Of a DNA stretch of 50,210 bases, positions 34,004 to 47,395 are shown piece by piece (within the stretch, counting starts at the first letter, position 1; each line of letters opens with the position of its first letter). Made by a program: the position numbers and the translations under genes. The stretch lies in the NCBI RefSeq assembly GCF_001194135.2, contig NC_068989.1, positions 95,131,410-95,181,619 of the forward strand, in the 5' to 3' direction. The notes beneath the pieces were generated by a model. The model had not been told where the DNA came from, searched no databases, and worked only from the letters and a program-made list of their open reading frames with translations. Source of the DNA: Octopus bimaculoides. Its lineage: Eukaryota.

Positions 34004-34248
34004 NNNNNNNNNNNNNNNNNNNNNNNNNNNNNNNNNNNNNNNNNNNNNNNNNNNNNNNNNNNNNNNNNNNNNNNNNNNNNNNNNNNNNNNNNNNNNNNNN
34101 NNNNNNNNNNNNNNNNNNNNNNNNNNNNNNNNNNNNNNNNNNNNNNNNNNNNNNNNNNNNNNNNNNNNNNNNNNNNNNNNNNNNNNNNNNNNNNNNNNNN
34201 NNNNNNNNNNNNNNNNNNNNNNNNNNNNNNNNNNNNNNNNNNNNNNNN

Positions 34249-34319
34249 GGAGAGAGGGAAGGGGAGAGAGGGAAGGGGAGAGAGGGAAGGGGAGAGAGGG
34301 AAGGGGAGAGAGGGAAGGG
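34249..34319. repeat. Polypurine minisatellite (GGGAAGGGGAGA[GA])n
   Basis: Direct read; ten G3-4 tracts, all purine. Confidence 0.93.
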
Positions 34320-36164
34320 TTATATGTACATACATACATACATACACCCCACATATATGTAAGTGTATGTGTGTGTGTATATAAATATATGTATGCATAC
34401 ATACATGCATATATTTATATATATGCATGCATATATACATATATGTATATATGTGTGTGTATACACACATACGCACGCGCATACACTCACACATGTGTGT
34501 ATGCACACAGGCGTGTGCGTATGCACGTATGTATGTATTTCTTATTTCTAGATTTTGCTTTATACATCGACGTACATTCTCCCATTAACCCTTTCTCTCA
34601 CACATACGCACACATCCGCATATCCTCATTCACACACACACACACAGTCATGTATATGTATCTTCAGTTTGAAAATTTCACAATAGTTGTGTTATCAATA
34701 AAGCTTAAATGACCGAATATTTTTTTTTCAACCCTAATACGCATTTCTAATGCTTATTATCAAGATATTTTATATTTTATGATATTTTGTAATATTTTAT
34801 TGTATTAATTTTCTTCAATAACATAAATTTGAGTAATTCCTGGCACATTATGTATAGTTAAATTCAGTCTTTCTCAAATCATATTCAGAGTTATATCCAT
34901 CCAGTATTTCTGAAATTATATTATCTGCGTAGTCTCAACTTCAGTATCTTCATATTTTCTTGATGGAACTGTACAAGGAAATTAATCAATTACCAAGAGT
35001 ATAGGAATCAAATTGACAGTTTCTATATAATTAGTTACCACAGCAACGCTTTTCTACATGATACTATAAAAATCAATTCTGAGTTTATTTTCGTTCGGAA
35101 ACTTTTATCCATTACTCTTACATTATTGTGTATCTGACTTCTAATACAATAGAAAGTGAAACTTTTGGAGATGTTTATGACAATCGAGGACATCTGAAAC
35201 AATTCTTCGGTTATATGCAATTTAGCAAATGTATAATTATTAGCTGCCAATATAGCGTAGGTTGCAAAATGAATAAATATACATATCTATTCGTCAAGAT
35301 CTTCTTATTTCTCACTCCCAAGACCACGAGCTTAAGTAGCGTAAGACTGTGTATGGAAATGGTAAGCAACGATGTGCTTAGATGCATCTGATTTGCATAA
35401 TAGAACAAGGTTGACAGCCAGATATTTGCACAGTGTGGTTTATTATATAAATATTTATTGGATTCATGGCCGTATACATTTAGTCTCACTGTGTAATTAG
35501 GTTTTGTGGGTAGGGGCGACCTTTTCTGCAAATTGGATGGAGGATTGAATCAACGAGTGTTATTGTGACTTAACGGATCGTCGGGATCTGCTTACCTCAC
35601 CTTCACACCATATCGAGAGTGAGCAGTGGAAGACTATATAATAATATGTATAGAAACATTTGATTAGACGCTAGTCATTTGCATAATGATAGAAGAAGTC
35701 GTGAAACGTAGGAGTCGATGAGAGAATGAACAACTTGTGCACACAGGGGCAGTTTCGATTTGGATTTAAATGGACGTTATTCCAGATATGATAAACTCTT
35801 AGAAAAGAAAAAATTAGAAGCGCATACAATGAGAACCTATTCTAAAGCACAACATTAAAAAAAACAATTCAAATTTGCTACAAATAAATGCACCACCCAA
35901 AACACACGCCAATATATATACGCACACACGTATGTGTCTATATATATACACATATATATACACATATATATATATCACAATTTATCGGATACAGCTCTGC
36001 ATCGTTAGCCAGCTAAAGGAGATGTCCTCTTGTGGTTAAAAAAAATCGCAGTAGAGCCCGTTCGAACGGACAGTCATGCTGAAGTGGCTACGAACTTTAC
36101 TTGACAGTACAACTACTGCGTTGATCTCTTAGAGAGATTTTAGAACTAGCATTTTTGCTTGTAT

Positions 36165-36228
<64 letters not shown>
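36165..36228. repeat. (AC)n(AT)n microsatellite
   Basis: Direct read. Confidence 0.97.
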
Positions 36229-36229
<1 letters not shown>

Positions 36230-37570
36230 AAGTTACTTTGTTTGTCAATGAATGAATTAAGAGCAGTATAATGTACAGAATATATTGCTTATTTAAACAG
36301 AATTCCTTTCTCGTAGCTCGAATTTCACGCTACGATATAAACTTTGTGTTGTGAATCTACTTGTCACTAATCACGAAACACTTTCCAGCCAAACAGAGCT
36401 ATTCTAAAGGGGGAAAATAGAAAACTCATCTAGAGTAGCACAAAAAGCATTAAGTATATCATACAAAACATACAAAGAAATGCATTTCCTGCAGGTGAAA
36501 ACAGATGCAATAACAGAGAGTCAAACCTCGGAAAAATATACTCTGCAAATAAACAATATTATTGAAAGGGAAAAATCACAATGAACAAATACATCGACGT
36601 TACTAGAGCGATATTCAAAGCTAAATATATACAACAAATACACTTCTCCCGCAATTATCGTCAATTTAAATAGAACATCCGTCTTAAAAAAATACTTTGG
36701 ATTGGAAGATAAATACATAAACGGAAGATTTAATGGAAAATGATAGGCTGAGCGACTCTATACGTAACTGCTTCCAAAATATTTTCTTCTAAATCGCAAA
36801 AAAATACAGTATAATCACATATTTGCTAAACAAGAAATATGAAATCATATCGCACTGCCGACACCAAAATAAATTAAACTTCAGAAAATGTTCCCATATG
36901 AAAACAGGGTGGAAGACCAAGGATGTAGCAACGATGGTGTGAGTAGTATAAAAAGGAACCCCTATCGAACAGTAAAGCAGAACACTTTTGAAATCTTGCG
37001 TCATATCGTTATGTTAGACTTAAACCAAATACTCCTTCGCTTTTTTACTTTCCTTTATTTTTGTAACTCTTAACCTACTAATTCTGGTTTTTTTGCCGAC
37101 TTTTTGAGAGTAACTTCTAAGAAACAAAAAATATCGCTTGATTTACGATCAAATGATTGTCAGCCATGATTAACCCGTTTTATAAAGTTTATTTGGAAGA
37201 GATTTTGTAGTTATTTCCTGCAGATAGATCGACCGGTATAGGCTTTTCTCGTCGACTTCCTAACACTGTATCTATAACGCATTTCATTGTATTTCATTAA
37301 TTTTGTTTATTTTAAATTCCAGGATTGCCTTCCCTGACTTTTTTTGACCAGAATTAATCATCCATCTCACTGCGAGTTTAAGTACAGTTAAAGCGTAACT
37401 CATGAACAGCTCGGTAACACAAAACATGCTTTCGCTACTTGCTTCATCGTACTGTGTAATCGGAAGCAAACATAGCTACCCTCCTCTCGGCACTCGCACT
37501 TCTGGTCCTGCTTAAATATTATGAATTACGAGAGATGAGTGAGGAAAGACTGCACCGGTGCGTGGTTGGA

Positions 37571-37707
37571 ACTCGTTACAGCTGAGTAGACTGGAACAAC
37601 GTGAAATAAAATGCCTTGCTGAAGGATACAACACACCAAATGGTTTAGAAATTGAATCCACGACCTTATTATAAGCCGAACACTCTAACCACGCGGCCAT
37701 GCGCCTT
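37571..37707 (-). mobile_element. Family C SINE 5' part
   Basis: gctgagtagactggaacaacgtgaaataaaatgccttgctgaagga...cactctaaccacgcggccatgcgcctt; matches 1340-1447. Confidence 0.85.
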
Positions 37708-38412
37708 AACCATTAAAGACATATTTGGGTCAATTTGTTCAAGAAAACCGTTCCTGGCATTTTCGCAGTCTTATAACTGAAATAAGTAATAGCTAAAGGT
37801 TATGTATGTTGACGCCAATTTTATTGTTTTCTGATTTTCATGTTGTTACTCTGGACTGGCTATTTTTACTGCTGTCTTCTTTCAACACCTACAACAATTT
37901 CTATGTTTTTAGCGGTTAAAACTCTCTCCCCAAATATATTAGTGAAAATGTTGACTTCAGCCTGTTTATTAATGAGAAGCAGACAAAATACAATTTACAA
38001 ACACATAATTTGTCTATCGCCAATACGGTGTTGGTTAAGTTTTAAAAAGTTTAAAACAATATTAATTTAACTAAACATAGCACTTTTCTGTCCCATCTCA
38101 TTACTTACCGTCTCTTCAATGCAGGAAGGAGTTCGTTCACCTTTTGAGAAACACCGATTCAACTAGTCAATATCGTTTAGTAGACGGACAGACAGACAGA
38201 CAGATAGATAGATTTTTTACTTCCTCTTTTCATCTATTAACTTTTTCGGTGTCTGCTGGTACCAAACACCCGTTACCTCACATCTATATCTACGGCAGAG
38301 TAGCCAATGGAGGTTTGGGGGCTACTTTGCCGTGTCTACGCTGGCACACTTTCTGCGCAAGACTTTCACAAGCACTAACAATGTGAGTCACGCTTTCGAC
38401 CCTCTTCTCACA

Positions 38413-38545
38413 CATTCCGAGTTCAAATTCTGCCGAGGTCGACTTTACCTTTCATCCTTTTGGGATTGAGTACCGGAGTCCATGTAAACCACTTACCCCT
38501 CCCCCAAAATTGCTGGCCTTGTGCCATATTTGAAACGATAATAAT
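38413..38545 (+). mobile_element. Family A variant SINE, 5'-truncated, first of a tandem pair
   Basis: ttccgagttcaaattctgccgaggtcgactttacctttcatcc...aaattgctggccttgtgccatatttgaaac. Confidence 0.85.
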
Positions 38546-38558
38546 TGTTATCAAATCA

Positions 38559-38775
38559 GTGAGCTGGCAGAATCTTTAACGCATCGGATAAAATGCTTAA
38601 CGGTATTTTTTCCGACTCCTTAAGTTCCGAGTTCAAATCTCGCCCGGGTCGACTTTGCCTTTCATCCTTTCACAATCGATTAAAGTAAAAGTACCAGTCA
38701 AGTACTGCGATCGACGTAATCGACTTGCCCCTCCCCTCAAAATTACCGGCCTTGTGTCAAAACTAGGAGGGATTA
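38559..38775 (+). mobile_element. Family A variant SINE, full length, second of a tandem pair
   Basis: gtgagctggcagaatc...gagttcaaatctcgcccgggtcgactttgcc...cggccttgtgtcaaaactagg. Confidence 0.87.
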
Positions 38776-39695
38776 TTATAATTATTAGTGCTGCTTGTTT
38801 TATATAACATTCCCTTTAATGGTAAAGCTGTGCGTATTTCGAAGCCGTCTGTGCATAAAATGGATAAGTGTTACAAAGTGTGATTGTTTACCGATACTAT
38901 AATGCTTTTTTTTATAGAAAGGGAACAGGGAGTTGATAATTTATGTGCTCTCTCTCTCCCTCTTTCTCTCTCCCTCTCTCCTTCTCCTGCTCTGTCTCGG
39001 CCTCTTCCTCTCTTTCACTCTATATCTTAATCACGCACACACAACTTACTCAACACAATAAATACATACAAACCTCATGAGAAAGGTTACATGAGTTGAA
39101 ATATTTCCAACGCCCATCTATGTATATTGAATAAAAGCTTTTGCTTTTAACTGTGAGAAATGGTGTTTTTCCTTCATCTAAATAGAAAAGGCTCGTCTAG
39201 GCAAATTTATTATATTTCGTAACAACATATTTCCACACTGAAAAAGAAATCTATCGGAAAACACGAAGCTTAACACTGGCGCTGTCTTGCATATACATTC
39301 AAGATACAAACGTTTTGTTGAGATCTATGGAAATTATATAGATCGTGATTTTGACACACATACATCAACGACTACATTTTTAATCGGTGTCTGGTCGATG
39401 CTTAGTTGTATTAGAGCGATTATTTTGAAAATATTACGAGTGTATAAGTGTATGTCTGAACAGGACTCTCTCGCTAAAGTGTTTCCGATGCCAACAATTA
39501 AGTCACAGACAAATCACTGGTACACGTCTCCTACACTTGCTTATTTATCCTCACATTTATCTGTCTACCCCACCCTCTCTCTCTTTCTCCCTCCCCCCCT
39601 AGACACACACACACACACACACACACACACGCGCATATATATCAGCGTGTCTGTTGGTATGCATCTATCTATGTATATATACATGAGAACCTTAT

Positions 39696-40032
39696 TTTCT
39701 TTTATTCTTTTACTTGTTTCAGTAATTTGACTGAGGCCATGCTGGAGCACCACCTTTAATCGAACAAATCGACCCCCGGACTTATTCTTTGTAAGCCTAG
39801 TACTCATTCTATCGGTCCCTTTTGCCAAACGGCGAAGTTACGGGGACGTAAACGCACCAACGCTGGTTGTCAAGCAATGGTGGGAGGACAAACACACACA
39901 CACAAATACATTCATACATACATACATACATACATACTTACATATATACACATACATTATTTCATCTTTTGTTGTTTACACACCCGTCTTCGTCTTTTGT
40001 TTTGTTTGTTGTTTTTTTGTAAATTCTAACAA

Positions 40033-40093
<61 letters not shown>

Positions 40094-40212
40094 ACGACGG
40101 GATTCTTTCAGTTTCCGTCTACCAAATCCACCATAGAAGAAGACACTTGCCCAAGGTACCATGTAGTGCGACTGAGCTTGAAACCATGTAGTTGGGAAGC
40201 AAGCTTCTTTAC
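39696..40212 (-). mobile_element. Family B SINE, full length, with an expanded internal microsatellite and a short foreign insert
   Basis: 3' half at 39696-39895, (AC/ACAT) and a T-rich insert at about 39960-40030, (AT)n, and a head at 40092-40212 with an internal deletion relative to other copies. Confidence 0.9.
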
Positions 40213-40328
40213 ATATTTCATACATATATATAAGTACACACACATACATACATATATATTGTTTCGGTGTTAACAACACTGAAATAGGAAATCTGTTGCA
40301 TATGCATTTAATATGCAATTACTAAATT

Positions 40329-40539
40329 GCGGCGAGCTGGCAGAGTGGTTAGCACGCCGGGCGAAATGCTTAGCGGTATTTCGTCTGTCTTTACGTTCTG
40401 AGTTCAAATGCCGCCGAGGTCGACTTTGCCTTTCATCCTTTCGGGGACGATAAATTAAGTACTAGTTGCGTACTGGGGTCGATCTAATCGACTGGTCTCC
40501 TTCCCAAAAACATTGTGTTTTGTACCTAGAGTAGAAAAG
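40329..40539 (+). mobile_element. Family A SINE, full length
   Basis: Colinear with 1619-1830, low divergence. Confidence 0.93.
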
Positions 40540-40628
40540 AATATAGTTATATGTGCATGTTTTTGTTTGTATGTCTGTCTGTATGTATATGCATGTACGC
40601 ACTCGCATGCACTCACACATATAGTGTA

Positions 40629-40659
<31 letters not shown>

Positions 40660-40882
40660 ACGTACTGCTGAACTTTGAGACATTTTTAACCGTTGCTTGC
40701 TTGTCCGTAATATAAAATGCATAAAACACAAAAATTGCACTTAAAGTTCAAATCTATGCGTCTCAGAAGAAAAATTAGATACCAAAATGTCAGAAGTGAG
40801 TTGTTACTAATATTAACATTTTCCGGACTACTAACCTTGCCTTAAGTGTATATAATCTATGCGAGTATGTGTGTGTGTGTGT

Positions 40883-40914
<32 letters not shown>

Positions 40915-42462
40915 ACACACACAGGCTCTATGTTTCAATCGGCTTGATCTCTGGTCGTCATTAAGTATCTTATTTCTGGATGTGTACATCGTTGCGGATT
41001 GTACACGCTGGTAGCGTAATAGATGAGAACGTTATTACATTTTTTTTCTTTTTTTCGTTCAGAAATAACTTCAAAAATAAAGGTTATATGTTCGCATCCA
41101 ATTCTGAACTATATTTACATCCAGTATAATATACTACACCAGATGACGGCTTCAGATCAGTATCGTAAATAATTTATCTCCAATATATTCAGCTAATAGT
41201 CCGGGAAATCATCATCTAATTACTATAACAACTATTTTTTTCTTTTCTTTCTTCTTCATCTAGAACCGAACTCGGACAGTCCCAACAAGTAACTTATGCA
41301 ACGGACGTTCATTTTAGGTCGTTGGTGCACTCAATATCTCGTATCCATAGTGTCTCGTATTAATTGGTTAATGTTATTATAAAGTGAGATCTTTCGATCT
41401 TGTGCCATGAATAGGCTTCCATAGCAACAACCGATGTACAACTTTATATTCACTTCTTCAACAGTGACCAATAAACCTTAATCTCTTTGTTCTCGTAATG
41501 TTGTTGTTGTTGTGGTTGTTGTTGGGATTAGATTGCCATAAAGTTTGGCATTGGTGTTTATGTTTCTTTCATAATGTGTTAATTGTTGTTTGTAGTAATC
41601 TAGTTTTAGCACCGCCCAGCTGATTTTATTACTTTCTTACTAAAAGAATATTGTTCATTATTTCTGCCGAGATTCTGATTGAAGCCCGACATTTCTAACA
41701 CACAAGTGTCTTTGACATGTTCCTCGAAAATTAAAATATTCCACGTTTATAAACTCACTACCAAACAATACAGCAAATGTCTGAACTGTCAGTGTCACTG
41801 TATAAGTAAGATAGTCATATACATACTGTATATATAATGGATATATTGATGTTATATTATTTAAAATAATGATCTCACACTGCCATCTGGTGTAATATTA
41901 CTGGACAATCTAATGTATTCATATGAAACAACTGTATATTAAAATGCTGATGAGTAAAACATCTATAATTTGGGTACAAATGTTTTGTTCCGATATAGAA
42001 ATCGGTAGATAAAAGAAAAATTGCTGATTTATACGAAAGCTAACCTGGTTGGAATTCAATTAATACACTCAAGTAAAATAGCTCGGTTCGGCTCAAGAAT
42101 GTGCCAGACATTTGTCACTGCGGATATCAAAGCAGGTGAAACTGAGTCTGACGATCCACCAATTCTCTAAGTGAAGTTCTGTGTGTCTAACACACAGGTC
42201 TCTTAGCGATATTTCTCTGAGACTGAAATATTACTGCTAGTGCCGTTCCATAATTGTATACACATTATGTTATCCAAGTCGATACTTTACTTTCTCAAAT
42301 GTTTATTTTTCCGCTACTAATAATTGATTTATTGACATCCATACTTAACAATTACATTTCTATTGAAGTAGATTGAATGACAACTACGGCGTAAGAGCAA
42401 CATCCAGAATATTTTGCTGCACTGTATTGATATGTCCAGTTACTTTCTGATTACAAATCTCC

Positions 42463-42530
42463 CTCAGGTTGACTTCGGTTTTCGTCCATCCGGGATTCAT
42501 GAACTAAATACCTGTGAATGCAATGTCACT
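42463..42530 (+). mobile_element. Very old family A SINE core remnant
   Basis: cctcaggttgacttcggttttcgtccatccgggattcatgaactaaatacc versus ccgaggtcgactttgcctttcatcctttcggggtcgataaattaagtacc. Confidence 0.45.
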
Positions 42531-44139
42531 GGCCCTAAATTTGTAACCGTGTGCTTATATTATAAATAATTTTTGCTGTTCCGGTTTTACTAAAGCTTTC
42601 GTATTATTTTCTTTTATCCTTTAACCATTGAAAAAAAAAAAAAAACATTTGATTTTTCTTTTTTATTTCTTCTTTTTTGTTTTCATTTTATTTTTGCCTN
42701 NNNNNNNNNNNNNNNNNNNNNNNNNNNNNNNNNNNNNNNNNNNNNNNNNNNNNNNNNNNNNNNNNNNNNNNNNNNNNNNNNNNNNNNNNNNNNNNNNNNN
42801 NNNNNNNNNNNNNNNNNNNNNNNNNNNNNNNNNNNNNNNNNNNNNNNNNNNNNNNNNNNNNNNNNNNNNNNNNNNNNNNNNNNNNNNNNNNNNNNNNNNN
42901 NNNNNNNNNNNNNNNNNNNNNNNNNNNNNNNNNNNNNNNNNNNNNNNNNNNNNNNNNNNNNNNNNNNNNNNNNNNNNNNNNNNNNNNNNNNNNNNNNNNN
43001 NNNNNNNNNNNNNNNNNNNNNNNNNNNNNNNNNNNNNNNNNNNNNNNNNNNNNNNNNNNNNNNNNNNNNNNNNNNNNNNNNNNNNNNNNNNNNNNNNNNN
43101 NNNNNNNNNNNNNNNNNNNNNNNNNNNNNNNNNNNNNNNNNNNNNNNNNNNNNNNNNNNNNNNNNNNNNNNNNNNNNNNNNNNNNNNNNNNNNNNNNNNN
43201 NNNNNNNNNNNNNNNNNNNNNACACACACACGCACACACACACACACGCACGCACGCACACAAACGCATAGAAACACTTACGCGCACGCACACACACACA
43301 CACATACACGCATACAAACACTCACACAAGCACACAGCATTAAATTAAGGACAGTTGCTCTATTTTTCTTGGCGTTTTTTCCCTTTCTTTTTGTCCATTC
43401 GAAATTTCAAAACGATACGCATTTCTAACTATGGTGCAGATATCTTCAATTAGATATGCTCTACCTGTTATTCAAGAGATTACTTGCTGCAAGAAATAAG
43501 AAAAGTACGGTCAATTTGGTGGTTACGACATATCATTTCGACTGAAAAGGATTCTTTTGTTAGAATGCCTTCAAGTCATGTATACGCCATTTTCGCCTCG
43601 TTACTCATGATTATCTAAGATGAGGTTAATTCCTGTTTCCGAAAAAAAAAATGAATAAGATCCTTTAACCCATAATAATCAGTAGATAAGCTATTCTTAG
43701 ATCGTTTTTATTTCCCATTTGATTTGAAATTTGATCAAAAATTAGTTGTTGGTGCCACGCCAAAAGTTTTATTCTTTTGTGTGTACATATATGCATATGT
43801 GTGTAGATGTGTGTATATGTATGCTTCTGTGAGTGTGTATTATTGTGGATAGCATGAATCAAATAACTGAACAGGTCATCTATTTATACAGGCAGGAACT
43901 GCATCATTTCACATCTTATTTCAGCACAACAATTCTTAAACTTGTGAGATACACAAGTTCTTGAAATTCTATCATTAAGTTCTTATAACTCTATCTGGAA
44001 GAACAAAAGGCTACGGACGTGATACATTCCAATTACATTTCCAAATTCCAAATCTTCAGATGCATTTGGCGTATATGTAATAAAAACTGTTTCGACTCTA
44101 TTTTCGAGTAATTCTTCGAATTATACGGAAATAAAATTA

Positions 44140-44220
44140 TGTCTGTGTGCGTGTGTATGTGTATGTGTATGTATGTATGTATGTATGTATGTATGTATGT
44201 ATGTATGTATGTATGTATGT
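44140..44220. repeat. (TATG)n microsatellite left of an N-gap
   Basis: Direct read. Confidence 0.96.
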
Positions 44221-44715
44221 NNNNNNNNNNNNNNNNNNNNNNNNNNNNNNNNNNNNNNNNNNNNNNNNNNNNNNNNNNNNNNNNNNNNNNNNNNNNNNNN
44301 NNNNNNNNNNNNNNNNNNNNNNNNNNNNNNNNNNNNNNNNNNNNNNNNNNNNNNNNNNNNNNNNNNNNNNNNNNNNNNNNNNNNNNNNNNNNNNNNNNNN
44401 NNNNNNNNNNNNNNNNNNNNNNNNNNNNNNNNNNNNNNNNNNNNNNNNNNNNNNNNNNNNNNNNNNNNNNNNNNNNNNNNNNNNNNNNNNNNNNNNNNNN
44501 NNNNNNNNNNNNNNNNNNNNNNNNNNNNNNNNNNNNTTAGTGGCTAGCGATCAATCATGGCGAAGGCCAGACATAGGTGGTCAGACAGGAGAGTTAGGAA
44601 GAAGGGGCGATAAAAAAAATAGTAATAGTGATCCCAAACGAAGGTGCGCGGTGGTGGTAGTGGTGGTGGTGGTGGTAGTGGTGGGCGGGGAGTCCATTAC
44701 ATCTATTCTAGTACT

Positions 44716-44850
44716 CGGCTTCTTTTATCGGTATCTAAAGGATGAAAGGCAAAGTCGATATCGGCGGAATTTCAACTCAGAAAGTAAAGACGGACGAAAC
44801 GCCGCTAAGCATTTTGTCCGGCGTGCCAAAGGTTCTGCCAGCTCGCCGCC
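44716..44850 (-). mobile_element. Family A SINE 5' two-thirds
   Basis: ggatgaaaggcaaagtcgatatcggcggaatttcaactcag...ggttctgccagctcgccgcc. Confidence 0.9.
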
Positions 44851-45470
44851 TTAACCGATAACCGGGTAAATATTAGCGGTAGAAATACCAGATATTTTGT
44901 GAGAGGTCATGTGATTTATGACGTCACCTGAGTATAGCTTTTTGTTTGTGGCTCAAGCAGAATGTTTACCCTTGAATAACACACATATCAGTAACACGTC
45001 ACGCGAATAAAATATAACATTAATAATGGATGGCATGAATAACATATACAATGAATATTAACATCACATGAATAATAAATATATCACATCTTAACAGATG
45101 GATGTCTGCTCTGACCTTCTGTTTGCCTGATATAATATAAAATGGTTCAGTTAAACAGATGTTACAACTCTTTAATTTGTTTCTGAAAGCTTTTGCTATA
45201 TCAAGGAAATCCCAGACAACTGTGCTGTCCTCCTTCTCTTTCTTTTTCTTTTTGTCCTTCTTCTTCTTCCATTTAAGATGTAATGTTTATTTTAGAATTT
45301 GCTGTTTCAAGAAAGGTGGTCGCTTACTTTGCATTCGAAATAGAATCTCTGTTAGACATGTGCGAGACATTATTATTATTCATCGTCTGCAATAGTGGAG
45401 ACTTATTTTCAGGCAGTAATTCTTTATAGCAACCAGAGTAGTTTTTGCTGACATCTTAAATTTATGTTTA

Positions 45471-45608
45471 GGCTGTGTGATACTATGCTTGCTTCCCAAC
45501 CACATGGTTCCGGGTTCACTCCCACTGCGTGGTACCTTTAGCAAGTGTCTTCTACTATAGCTGAGGGCCGACTAAAACCTTCTCAGTGGATTTAGTACAC
45601 GGAAACTA
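45471..45608 (+). mobile_element. Family B SINE head
   Basis: ggctgtgtgatactatgcttgcttcccaaccacatggttccgggttcactcccactgcgtggtacctttagcaagtgtcttctactatag. Confidence 0.9.
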
Positions 45609-45690
45609 TTTGGTCGGAAATGCTGAGAAATGAAGATTACTCTCTTGAGAAGACAACGACGCTAATGTTCACAAATTACTACTGTAAATA

Positions 45691-45932
45691 TCTTTCATCT
45701 TTTATTTGTTATAGTCAACAGGCTGCGGCCATGCTGGGGCACCGCCTTGAAGAACTTTTATTCGAATGAATCATCTCCGGGACTTGTTTCTTTTAAGCCT
45801 CGTACTCATGCTATCGATCTCTTTCTACCGAGCCGTCAAGTTACGGGGACGCAAACATACCAATACCGGTTTGCCAAGCGTTGGTGGGCGACAGAGACAC
45901 AAATACACACACATACACATACACACACACAC

Positions 45933-45984
<52 letters not shown>

Positions 45985-46008
45985 ATATATTTATATATAT
46001 ATGCATAT

Positions 46009-46077
<69 letters not shown>

Positions 46078-46111
46078 TATATATATATGTATGTATGCAT
46101 GTATGTATGGT

Positions 46112-46167
<56 letters not shown>
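45691..46167 (-). mobile_element. Family B SINE 3' half followed by an expanded (AC)/(AT)/(GT)/(AGAT) microsatellite; head absent
   Basis: ggctgcggccatgctggggcaccgccttgaag...gttacggggacgcaaac...ggtgggcgacagagacac, then compound repeats. Confidence 0.88.
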
Positions 46168-46914
46168 TTTTGCCGAATGTAGAACAGCATAATTCTTCAT
46201 ATGGGATTAAATACCAAAATCCTTTCCTTGAAATGCCACCCCAATTTGGTATTTCCGTTCTTCCTATTACGATAAAATAAATACTAATAATAGAGTGAAT
46301 ATTATATATTATAGAATATAATAATGTATATATTTTTATAGACTAATAATATATTCAGCTGTAATACGGACACTCAACTATTCCTTTCCTTTAAAGCAAA
46401 ATCTACATTGTTCTAGAAAGTTTCTGTAAGAGAGAAGAAGGGAGAGGGAGAAAAAGAGAGAGAACGAGAGCGAGAGAGAGAGAGAAAAGCACTGGGAATT
46501 CTTACTCCATTGTGCAGAAAGGATTATTGGACGGTATGGTATCGATTATTATTGGTTTTGTTTTCAGGGATATTTTTTAGTTTTATTTTGCTTTCCATGT
46601 ATCTTGCTTCGGTTATTCAAATGCTTTTACAAGCAAATTTCCACTTGTCAATAAAATTATACACACGCATTACAAATGTTTTCTATTGAGGGGACAACAA
46701 GGGAAAAGAACAACCTTTGTCTATTATCAGAGCTGTAAACAACGCTGAAATATTTCAACTGGGATGGATCAGAACGGACATAGTTTGTCTACATTTACCT
46801 CTTTACTTAAAAGTAGGTCACCAGTTTTAATGTACTCTGCATGGCCAGAAAGTCTTATACGCCTGGCACAAAATGTTTCTAAAGCAATCGGTCGGGTTAC
46901 GAATTTGTCTTGCG

Positions 46915-47160
46915 TTATCTTTTACTGGTTTCAGCCATTGCATTCGGACCATACCAGGCAACAACTGGAAGGATTTCGAGGAAGAAATCCACCCCAGTAC
47001 TTATTTTTTTAAAAATCTAGTACATATTTATCGGTCGCTTTTTCAGGCCACTAAGTTACGGGGACTTAAAGAAACCAATATCGGTTGTCAAACGGCGGGG
47101 TAACAAACACGAAGGCACACACACATACATACATATAATGCATATATATATATATATATA
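46915..47160 (-). mobile_element. Family B SINE 3' half plus microsatellite; head absent
   Basis: aaatccaccccagtacttattttttt...ctaagttacggggacttaaagaaaccaatatcggttgtcaaacggcgggg. Confidence 0.82.
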
Positions 47161-47395
47161 AGTCAGTAAATAGTGGGGCTGTGTTAACCGCACGTGGAGA
47201 AATAATAGGAAAATGAAAAATAGGCAGAATGCTAAACTGGAAGCATATTTTAATAAAGATTTCTAACCGATTTTCATTGCGAAAGCAAATTATCAAGAAG
47301 AAGGAGAATGAAAATGTTTTTTTACAAAGAAGTACAAAATGAAGAAAATAATATATAAAACAATAATATATATAAAAAATAATAAATATACCCAT

